58,822 nt of DNA from Candidatus Omnitrophota bacterium (GTDB lineage: Bacteria > Omnitrophota > Gorgyraeia > Duberdicusellales > 4484-171), in the NCBI GenBank assembly GCA_018818105.1, contig JAHISK010000130.1, forward strand, positions 1 through 58,822, written 5' to 3'. Shown here piece by piece: positions 37,071-45,209 of this stretch. The first letter of the stretch is position 1; the number at the start of each line of letters is the position of its first letter. The position numbers and the translations under genes were made by a program. A model generated the notes under the pieces. It was not told the origin of the DNA and ran no database searches. It saw nothing but the letters and a program-made list of their open reading frames with translations.

Positions 37071-38087
37071 CTATACACTAAACATTCCCGCTATAGCTTC
37101 TCCACAATGTCCACATTTACCACCCTCTATATGATTTTGTTTTATGGAAAATGACATTCTTTCTATAACCATACCGGAACAAGAAGGGCAATAAGTGTTT
37201 TCTCCATAATCAGTATGAACATTGCCAAGATATACATACTTTAACCCTTTCTCTTTACCAATCAGATAAGCTTTTTCCAACACAGAAAGAGCAGTAGCGA
37301 TTCTATGATCAAACTTATAACTAGGATGAAAACAAGAAATATGCCACGGAATATTCTTATCTAACGCCGCGATAAAGGCGGCGATAGCAAATAACTCACT
37401 ATCACTATCGTTCTGACCAGGAATAACTAAAGTAGTCAACTCAACCCAAATGCCAAGTTCCTTCATTAAGGTAATAGTCTCTAACACCGGCTTAAGCTTC
37501 GCCTTACAAATTTTATGATAGAATTCTTCTCTAAACGATTTTAAATCCACATTGGCAGCATCAAGATAAGGACTTATAGATTTTAACGCGTCCTTACTAA
37601 TATATCCGTTAGTAACAAAATTATTATACACCCCCTTATCCTTGGCGAGAACCGCGCAATCATAGGCAAACTCAAAATAAATAGTTGGTTCTGTATAGGT
37701 ATAAGAAATACTCTGACACTGGCGCGACTTCGCTTGACGAACTAAATCCTTTGCCGAAACACTAACGGTTTTCATTTGTAACTCTTTAGCTTCTTGAGCC
37801 TGAGAAATCTGCCAATTTTGACAAAAGCCGCACTTGAAATTACACCCTATCGAGGCGATAGAATAAGCGGTTGTGCCGGGGAAAAAATGGAAAAGCGGCT
37901 TCTTCTCAATAGGATCAATGTTAAAAGCAACTAATTGCGCGTAATTTAAAGAATATAGCGCCCCATCTTTATTAAGGCGCGCTCCACAAATTCCAACTTG
38001 TCCGTTTTTTATATTACAAAAATGATTACACAGAAAACAATCCACATTTTTGTCATCTGATTTTTTATAAAACAAAGCCTCTTTCAT
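37071..38087 (-). CDS. amrS: AmmeMemoRadiSam system radical SAM enzyme
   Basis: CFLCNHFC, DPIEKKPLFHF, GCNFKCGFCQNWQISQ, YTYTEPT, NVDLKSF. Confidence 0.93.
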   Translation of the reverse strand: MKEALFYKKSDDKNVDCFLCNHFCNIKNGQVGICGARLNKDGALYSLNYAQLVAFNIDPIEKKPLFHFFPGTTAYSIASIGCNFKCGFCQNWQISQAQEAKELQMKTVSVSAKDLVRQAKSRQCQSISYTYTEPTIYFEFAYDCAVLAKDKGVYNNFVTNGYISKDALKSISPYLDAANVDLKSFREEFYHKICKAKLKPVLETITLMKELGIWVELTTLVIPGQNDSDSELFAIAAFIAALDKNIPWHISCFHPSYKFDHRIATALSVLEKAYLIGKEKGLKYVYLGNVHTDYGENTYCPSCSGMVIERMSFSIKQNHIEGGKCGHCGEAIAGMFSV

Positions 38088-38106
38088 TTCAAGCCAATTT
38101 TTATTT

Positions 38107-38230
38107 AGTTCGGAGTTATGAGTTCGGAGTTCATAGATATTTCTACGAACTACGAACTACGAACTACGAACTACGAACTACGAACTACGAACTACGAACT
38201 ACGAACTACGAACTACGAACTACGAACTAC
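38107..38230. repeat. Perfect (CTACGAA)x12 array (38143-38226, plus CTAC) with a short inverted left arm agttcgg/agttatg
   Basis: Counted directly. Confidence 0.95.
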
Positions 38231-38262
38231 TATAATTATATATTTGATTTTTGTAAAATTCA

Positions 38263-38931
38263 ATGCTAATATATTTTGTGAGCAAACGAAATCAACTTTT
38301 TCCTTCTTATGAATATTTAGATTCACAAAGACTAAAAGATACTTTTTTCTCTCCGCCGCGAAAAAAAACATTTTCTAAACGTGTCGTGTTTACTACCTTA
38401 ACCGTTATTTTTTTATCAATCATTACTATTTTACTTATGTTCAATTATGCCATTATACTTATTCCCCGGAAAAACATTAGCAAAAACACCTTTTCTCTTA
38501 TCAAAAACAAAAAATTGGCTTCTGTTTATGCTCTTACCAAAGATACTAATTTACTCGCGAAAAGAGGACCTTTTCTTCATTTAATTATTCCACCTCAAGA
38601 AAAAAACGGCATACAGGTAAATCTCAAAAAATCAATTAATTTAAATACCAACACACTAAATCTTTCCCTAAAAAAACCGCCGGGCACGATAAAAATAGGC
38701 TTAATAATAAAAGATGTATTCTACCATTCAAACGCGCGCGCCCCTTTTATTATCGATATCGCGGATAATCACTGTCCCTTAACACAAATCCCTATAGCCT
38801 TTACATCTAATCTAATAAAAAACACAAACTTATCTAAAATAGACCAAATAACAGTATACTTTTACCGCCAAGATACAGCCCAAGAATCTTGGGCGTTAAT
38901 TAGCGATCTTGTATTGGTTAAAAATAATTAA
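38263..38931 (+). CDS. Single-TM protein with a possible carbohydrate-binding (CIA30/CBM11-like) domain; start uncertain
   Basis: One TM helix; C-terminal beta-rich segment with QIPIAF...NLSKIDQITVYF. Confidence 0.55.
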   Translation: MLIYFVSKRNQLFPSYEYLDSQRLKDTFFSPPRKKTFSKRVVFTTLTVIFLSIITILLMFNYAIILIPRKNISKNTFSLIKNKKLASVYALTKDTNLLAKRGPFLHLIIPPQEKNGIQVNLKKSINLNTNTLNLSLKKPPGTIKIGLIIKDVFYHSNARAPFIIDIADNHCPLTQIPIAFTSNLIKNTNLSKIDQITVYFYRQDTAQESWALISDLVLVKNN

Positions 38932-39014
38932 ATCCAAAATTGGTCGAAAAATTTATTAATTAAGATTTGACTAACTCTTAATATTTGTGATAATTTAATT
39001 ATGGAGGTGACATA

Positions 39015-40037
39015 ATGAAAATTATATCTGTTGCCAATCAAAAAGGCGGATGCGGAAAAACAATAACAGCTGTAAATCTTTCTGCCGCGTTAAGTAAGAA
39101 AGGGCATAAAGTTCTACTTATAGACTTTGATCCACAAGCTCATGCCACATTTGCTCTAGGAGGGAAAAGTAATTTTACAATAACTGATATTTTAGAAAAA
39201 ATTCATAATAAAGAAGTTCCTGATTTTAATGAAGCTATAACACCGATTTCCGATAACTTTTATTTTATCGGGGCAAGTATCGGATTAATAGCGTTGGAAC
39301 ACCATCTAGCATTAAGCAAAAATAAGCTAACGTTTTTATCATCCGCTCTTAAAGGTCTCCCTTCTAATTATGATTACTGCATATTAGATTGCCCCCCCAA
39401 CTTAGGAGTATTAACGTTAAACGCCCTCAACGCCAGCGCCTACTGCCTCACGCCTATAAGCATTTGCGATTTTTCCCTGCACGGCTTAAAAATATTAAAA
39501 AATATTTTTATCATGCTTAAAGAATTTAATAACCGCATGCCTACCCCTCTTTATCTTCTCAATCAACTCGATAAACGCTCACGCTTCTCAAAAGACTTTA
39601 TCGAACGAGCAAAAAGCACTCTTGGAGATTTCCTTCTTAATACTTCCATAAGAACAAATATCCATCTAAGAGAAGCCGCCGCCGCTGGTAAAGATATAAT
39701 CAATCATAAACCCGCCTCCCGAGGCGCCGAAGATTTTATGAATTTAGCGCGAGAAGTGGAAAACATCACAACCTCTACATCTTGGACCACCATTTTTTTA
39801 AAAGACAAAAAGTTTCAGGATGTCCATGTCGTAGGCGATTTTACTAACTGGGAAAAAGATGACCAATACAAATTGAAAAAAATCAGTAAAGATATATGGA
39901 GTATAAAAATCCCTTTAGGAAAAGGAAAATACCGCTATAAATTTGTGGAAGGAAAAGAATGGTTTACTGATCCCCATAATAGCCTTACAGAAAACGACTC
40001 TTTCGGAGGAAGGAACTCTCTACTTTACGTGGAATAA
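39015..40037 (+). CDS. ParA/Soj-family ATPase fused to a C-terminal glycogen-binding CBM48/AMPK-beta-like domain
   Basis: NQKGGCGKT, IDFDPQAHAT, LDCPPNLG; C-terminus VHVVGDFTNW...W.IKIPL.KGKYRYKFV..KEWFTDP.N...DSFGGRNS. Confidence 0.88.
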   Translation: MKIISVANQKGGCGKTITAVNLSAALSKKGHKVLLIDFDPQAHATFALGGKSNFTITDILEKIHNKEVPDFNEAITPISDNFYFIGASIGLIALEHHLALSKNKLTFLSSALKGLPSNYDYCILDCPPNLGVLTLNALNASAYCLTPISICDFSLHGLKILKNIFIMLKEFNNRMPTPLYLLNQLDKRSRFSKDFIERAKSTLGDFLLNTSIRTNIHLREAAAAGKDIINHKPASRGAEDFMNLAREVENITTSTSWTTIFLKDKKFQDVHVVGDFTNWEKDDQYKLKKISKDIWSIKIPLGKGKYRYKFVEGKEWFTDPHNSLTENDSFGGRNSLLYVE

Positions 40038-40064
40038 TGACGCTATCGCATAATAGCACCAGCG

Positions 40065-40154
40065 CCTGATTACACCGATTTAAGAAATGATTACAGAGAT
40101 AAAAAACAAAGTATTTTCAATCGTCGCAATCTATGTTTAATCACTGTAATCAGG
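40065..40154. repeat. CCTGATTACAC...TAATCAGG palindromic element, second copy at 44664-44714
   Basis: Shared cctgattacac, agataaaaaac, tttcaatc and taatcagg blocks. Confidence 0.7.
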
Positions 40155-40886
40155 AACTGTCGTGTTATTGCGCGATCGTTCCTCGAATTCCCGTTTTATG
40201 ACAATTTTACCTACTAACAAAATAAATTCTAAACGTAAAGGTAATCTTTTTTCTTTATCCAACCATAAATTAAATTTTTTATCGCCTCGACCTTGCAGAA
40301 AATACGTTTCTTTTTCTTCGCTATTAACTTTTAATGATCTATGAGATACTATTTTTATTACTACCTTTTGCGTAGGCAGATTAAATCTACGCGTTTCTCC
40401 AAATTCTAAATCTATTCCTGTTGGGAAAAAATATAGAAGCGCTAATATATTATGAATTGGCTTATCCACAAAAAGAACCTCTTCTTTCTTAGTATCATTA
40501 TTTCTTACTATTTTTACAACTCCCTGATCCTGATCATAAAACTCCTGAATCAATTCCTTTTTACCAAAAAAGACAACATCTCTTTCTACTTTAAGCGGAA
40601 GACCTGTCTTTACATCAATAAAAATCTTCTCTTTACTCCGCAAATTTAAAAGTTCAAGAATATTGGCATCAGAATTAATACCAAGAACATGAGAGTTCTT
40701 GTTAGAAACCTCCTCCTGACCTAAATACTCCCACTCTATATGGCCTACAGGAATACCATTAAAATACACTCCATAGGCTAATTTGTCTCTACCGCCAAAA
40801 CGCTCTTGGATATCTTCACCGAATCCCGCCACGCGAAAAAACACTGACAAAATCGAAAATAAAATTAGCTTCTTCCAACCTTTCAT
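40137..40886 (-). CDS. Secreted DUF3108-like protein
   Basis: Signal peptide; beta-rich, with TGLPLKVER and LWLD...RLPLR. Confidence 0.6.
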   Translation of the reverse strand: MKGWKKLILFSILSVFFRVAGFGEDIQERFGGRDKLAYGVYFNGIPVGHIEWEYLGQEEVSNKNSHVLGINSDANILELLNLRSKEKIFIDVKTGLPLKVERDVVFFGKKELIQEFYDQDQGVVKIVRNNDTKKEEVLFVDKPIHNILALLYFFPTGIDLEFGETRRFNLPTQKVVIKIVSHRSLKVNSEEKETYFLQGRGDKKFNLWLDKEKRLPLRLEFILLVGKIVIKREFEERSRNNTTVPDYSD

Positions 40887-40965
40887 ATAATTATCTTTGG
40901 TGTACGCGCGAAATCAACAATTATCATTTATCAATCTTCATTTATCATTTTAAATTTAAAATTAA

Positions 40966-42870
40966 TTATCCCCCCGCCCCTACTAACTGTCTGATTTCTT
41001 CTATCTTCTCAAAAGCGGCTTGCTCTCCCTTTCTTATAAACTGCTCAGCTCTATCAAATTCCATCCACCCTCCCACACCACCAAAATCAGGATGAATAAC
41101 CACATCACTGATTTTCAAAGCCCTTTCAATAAACTCCCGTTGCATTGTTTCAATACTTCCAAAAATAAAATCTAAAATATGAAATTTCCTATCACCTTTA
41201 TACCCTCTGATAATCTCTTCTTTCGATGGAGTAATGTTAACAGCAATTATTTTATGAGCTCCGTAATTAAGCAATATCCTTGTAGGAAGAGGATTTAATA
41301 TTCCTCCATCCATAAGAATATCTTTTTTAAACAGCACCGGTTCAAACATTCCCGGCATCGCGCAACTTGCCGCGACAGCTTTATATAGTAACCCATCTTC
41401 CAAAATTTTTGTTTCCCTTCTTATAAAATCAAAAGCAACTATCTTAAGAGTACGCTTTAAATCATAAAAACTCATATCGCCAAAAATACTTTTCAAAATA
41501 TTCTCTAGACGTTTAGCCCTTAAAACCCCCTTAAAAGGGAGAGATATCCCCGTAAAAGGGAATAGACTAAGTTTCTTACTTACCCATTTCACGGCCTTCT
41601 CCATTTCCGAAATTTCAAAACCCGCGGCCCATAACGCTGCCACCAACGCCCCCATACTTGACCCACAAACAACATCAATCGATACATTATTATCTCGCAG
41701 AACTTTTAAAACTCCTATATGAGAAAAAGCGTAAGCGCCGCCGCTGCCTAAAGCTAAGCCAACGACAACCTCTCCTATCTGCCGGGAAATTCTTCTAACC
41801 GCTTTAGAGTAATCATCTACTTTACAAGACGACAACGTGGCATAAATAGGAAAATCTACTAACTTTATTTTTTCTTCCCGGGAAAACTCAACTTTATCAA
41901 ACTCGCTTACAATTAACCTTATTTTGTCCTTATTAAAAGGGTTGATACTCTCTAATTCTTTTATAAAAACGTCGGCCGCTTTCAATTCCTCTTTATTAAG
42001 CGAGAAAATCAAATGCAAAAAGTTAGCCGTATATACAAAATCTGTTAAATTCTGATGTGAAGACGAAGGAACTTCATAAAGAATAAAATGATAATTTTCT
42101 GAAAGAAAATTCAACAACGCCCCAAACCTCGCTGAATCTAATGTTTTTACTAAAAAATAATCAACCTTATCCTTGATAACATACGCGTTAAAACCATCTT
42201 CTGAAACCACGCTTAAGTCCAAAACTTTCTTTGTTTTTTTAACGGGACAGTTGAGACCTCCCTCTACAATTAAATCCTCTAACGAAAATTTACTCTCAAA
42301 AGACAATTCCAAACAAACAACTTCTTTCTTTGTTTGCTCTTTTAACTGCGCGCCTAAATTATACATATACGTTGTTTTCCCCGACGATCGGGGCCCTAAT
42401 ATAGCTATTCTCCTACATTGAAATATCTTTTTAGGATGAGTACGCCGTTTAACTCTCTGAGAAAAAAGGCTAAAAAACTCCGCGAAAAACAGAGGGTACC
42501 CGTTAAGGAATTTCTTAAATTTATCCTTCTCGACCCTCAAAACAAACGATGTCTCAATTGACTTAGTAGTTACTGAATGCGCCTCCGCGGTCAAAATAGA
42601 TATCATGCCAAAGCAAGTACCCCGTTTAAGCAATTCTATTTCAGATTCTACACCCTCAAAATTCGTTATAGCGACAACTCTTCCACTTAAAAGAAGATAA
42701 AAATAATCAGGCGGGTCTGATTCGTTATAAATAACATCTCTATTACTATATTCCTTAACTTCACACAACCTTATAAACTTATCAATTTCTCTATCTTTTA
42801 ATTTATTAAAAGGCGGGATATTACTGACTATGAATTTTATTTCTTTTGTGTCCATATTAATACAGACCAT
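40966..42870 (-). CDS. cNMP-binding + P-loop (MinD/CpaE-like) + patatin phospholipase (NTE-like)
   Basis: cNMP domain (FYLLLSGRV, GTCFG), GPRSSGKTT, patatin motifs LALGSGG, GSSMG, DGG. Confidence 0.85.
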   Translation of the reverse strand: MVCINMDTKEIKFIVSNIPPFNKLKDREIDKFIRLCEVKEYSNRDVIYNESDPPDYFYLLLSGRVVAITNFEGVESEIELLKRGTCFGMISILTAEAHSVTTKSIETSFVLRVEKDKFKKFLNGYPLFFAEFFSLFSQRVKRRTHPKKIFQCRRIAILGPRSSGKTTYMYNLGAQLKEQTKKEVVCLELSFESKFSLEDLIVEGGLNCPVKKTKKVLDLSVVSEDGFNAYVIKDKVDYFLVKTLDSARFGALLNFLSENYHFILYEVPSSSHQNLTDFVYTANFLHLIFSLNKEELKAADVFIKELESINPFNKDKIRLIVSEFDKVEFSREEKIKLVDFPIYATLSSCKVDDYSKAVRRISRQIGEVVVGLALGSGGAYAFSHIGVLKVLRDNNVSIDVVCGSSMGALVAALWAAGFEISEMEKAVKWVSKKLSLFPFTGISLPFKGVLRAKRLENILKSIFGDMSFYDLKRTLKIVAFDFIRRETKILEDGLLYKAVAASCAMPGMFEPVLFKKDILMDGGILNPLPTRILLNYGAHKIIAVNITPSKEEIIRGYKGDRKFHILDFIFGSIETMQREFIERALKISDVVIHPDFGGVGGWMEFDRAEQFIRKGEQAAFEKIEEIRQLVGAGG

Positions 42871-42958
42871 AGACTATCGACTATAGACCATCGTCTACCA
42901 AGCACCAATTCTTCTTAAATATCTTATCTATAGTCTATGGTCAATAGTCTATAGTCGA
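42864..42958. repeat. Heptamer hairpin (agactat/atagtct family)
   Basis: agaccat agactat cgactat agaccat / atagtct atggtca atagtct atagtcg; contains the GH1 stop codon. Confidence 0.8.
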
Positions 42959-44187
42959 TTCTCTCTACATATCTTAGCATAAGTATTAGCGAAAGGTTTA
43001 ATTTTTCTCTCAAAATTATTATAATCTACTTCCAGCAACCCAAATCTAGGACCGAATCCTTTATCCCATTCAAAATTATCCAGTAAAGACCACCACAAAT
43101 ACCCTCTTATATCTAAGCCTTCCTCAATTGCTTTAGATACCATTTTAAGGTGCGCGATTAAATACTCTTGATAAAACGCGTCATTACTTTCGGCAGTACC
43201 ATTTTCCGTAATTATTATTGGTAAAGAGTACTTTTTCAATTTCTTAAGAACCCTATAAAACCCTTGAGGGGAAACATACCACCCCAAATAATTACGGTGT
43301 TCTTTATGCGTTATATGCGCGCACTCATCTCCAAACGGCCATTTAGCTTTTACATATTCTTTACAGTAGTAATTTACTGCCAGATAATCTAAGCATCGCT
43401 TCTTACTTAAATAATCATACACAGGAAAATTAAAAACAGTTTCTCTAATAAAAGCATAAAAATTATTCACCCCAAAATTATAGCTGGGACACGGAGAAAA
43501 ACCGCGCATATTTTTTGACAAGGAAATTTCAGGAGTTATCTTCTCTCCTTCATATATTCTTTTTATTTCACTATACCCTTTAATATAAGCGGCAATAATA
43601 TTCTTTAAAACCTTTAAAGCGAGTTTAAAATCTTTACTTCCCGGAGGCCAAATCCCGAGAACAAAACTATTATAAATATAAACTAAAGGCTCATTAAAAA
43701 TAAGCCAATACTGAACTTTACCTTTCAACTCTTTGACTAGACGCCTAAGATATTTTAGAAAAAAATCAATATTTTTAGAATCAGCCCACCCCCCTTTATC
43801 GCTAAACCAAATAGGATTAGTAAAATGATGCAGTGTTATAAAAGGTGTTAACCCCTCATCTAAAAGAGAATCAACTACTTGACTATAATGATTTAATTCT
43901 TGATCTGAAATGACGAGTTCTCGCGGATTAATTCGTGACCACTCTATAGAAATTCTTAAAGAATTTAAATTAAGGCTGTTGGCTAACTGAAAATCTTTCT
44001 TAAATAACTGATAATGATTACAAGCATCACAGGCCCCTTCTAAGCCTTTATCTTTCTCCCATAAATACCAGTCAGAATTATGATTTTTACCTTCACATTG
44101 ATAACTAGAAAGGGCGGCTCCCCAGAAAAAATTAGGCGGCAATTTTACATCCATTGATATTATAAAATATAAAATTCCAAATAACAA
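42949..44187 (-). CDS. Glycoside hydrolase family 1 (start probably ATG 44154)
   Basis: FFWGAA.SSYQCEG, RISIEWSRI, TLHHF, NEP, ITENG, WSLLDNFEW. Confidence 0.93.
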   Translation of the reverse strand: MLFGILYFIISMDVKLPPNFFWGAALSSYQCEGKNHNSDWYLWEKDKGLEGACDACNHYQLFKKDFQLANSLNLNSLRISIEWSRINPRELVISDQELNHYSQVVDSLLDEGLTPFITLHHFTNPIWFSDKGGWADSKNIDFFLKYLRRLVKELKGKVQYWLIFNEPLVYIYNSFVLGIWPPGSKDFKLALKVLKNIIAAYIKGYSEIKRIYEGEKITPEISLSKNMRGFSPCPSYNFGVNNFYAFIRETVFNFPVYDYLSKKRCLDYLAVNYYCKEYVKAKWPFGDECAHITHKEHRNYLGWYVSPQGFYRVLKKLKKYSLPIIITENGTAESNDAFYQEYLIAHLKMVSKAIEEGLDIRGYLWWSLLDNFEWDKGFGPRFGLLEVDYNNFERKIKPFANTYAKICRENRL

Positions 44188-44193
44188 TTTCCA

Positions 44194-44592
44194 TTATAGC
44201 CTAGAAACAACTTCTAAAGCTTTATTGTTATCACTAGAAGAAAAAATAATATTCGCGTCTACTCCGGTTCTAACCGTAGTCCCATAAATATGGATAAGAT
44301 TGATATTAGCATCCCTCAATTTAGCGGCAAGATTATAAAGATACCCTACCTCATCAGCCATCTCAACAATAATAACTTCTTTACTATCAACCGTTCCCAT
44401 ACTCTTTAAGACACATCGCGCGCCGGCATTGTCTGAAGTAACTAATCTAAAAAATGCCTTATCTGCTACAACATAAGCGCTTATTGCTCGAACATTAATG
44501 TTAGCTTCCTTCATCAATTTAGAAACCGCGCTTAATTGTCCAACTTTATTCTCTGTTGAAAGAAATAACTCCTGACCTTTAACTGCTTTCAT
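44194..44592 (-). CDS. Tandem ACT-domain protein
   Basis: ENKVGQL...ANINVRAI; DEVGYL...ANINL..IY. Confidence 0.85.
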   Translation of the reverse strand: MKAVKGQELFLSTENKVGQLSAVSKLMKEANINVRAISAYVVADKAFFRLVTSDNAGARCVLKSMGTVDSKEVIIVEMADEVGYLYNLAAKLRDANINLIHIYGTTVRTGVDANIIFSSSDNNKALEVVSRL

Positions 44593-44739
44593 ACCTAATC
44601 TCCAACTAAATATATTATGCCGCTATTACGTAATAACAGAATCGTCTGACTCAAGCGATTAATCCCTGATTACACAGATAAAAAACCTAATGGTTTCAAT
44701 CTGTATAATCAGGGACTATTAAATTTCGCGACAGTTCTA

Positions 44740-44970
44740 TTATTTCTTTCCTCTCGACACAATTTCTTTTTCTGCCTTAACCCAATGGCTAAAATCTTGA
44801 CCTTGCGGCCGACCCTGTTTTTCCCATAAAAAGTATGCTTGTTCTCTTATCATTTGGTTTAATTTAGCTTCGTTAATACCATGATGCGCAGCCTTAATAT
44901 CAGAAGTTCCTTTTTTACTACCTTTAGATACCCTTGAAAAAATACCCCTTTTTTTATCCGTAGCGCCCAT
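44740..44970 (-). CDS. DUF2934-domain protein; start revised to ATG 44970
   Basis: IREQAYFLWEKQGRPQGQDFSHWVKAE; GGAGG RBS. Confidence 0.85.
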   Translation of the reverse strand: MGATDKKRGIFSRVSKGSKKGTSDIKAAHHGINEAKLNQMIREQAYFLWEKQGRPQGQDFSHWVKAEKEIVSRGKK

Positions 44971-45005
44971 AACCCACCTCCTTATCTTAACTTTGGTATT
45001 ATTTA

Positions 45006-45186
45006 CAGCCAAAGGCTGACCAGCCTCCGGCTGGAAATCTCAAATCACAAGCACCAAATTACAAATAAATCTCAATATCCAATGATCAAAATTCCAAACG
45101 ATACGAAAACATTAATGTTTTGGTCATTTGAAAATTGAAATTTGGAGCTTATTTGTTATTTGGCGCTTGTAATTTGTTATTTTCAT
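45006..45186. repeat. CAGCCAAAGGCTGACCAGCCTCCGGCTGG double hairpin plus a family A hairpin
   Basis: The same 29-mer (1 mismatch) occurs at 58448-58476. Confidence 0.85.
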
Positions 45187-45209
45187 CCAAAAATGAATAT
45201 AGTTACTTA

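Noticed and set aside
38118-38312. ORF with NYELRTT repeats; possible CRISPR array
   Set aside because: It is the translation of the heptamer array, with no spacers and no cas genes.
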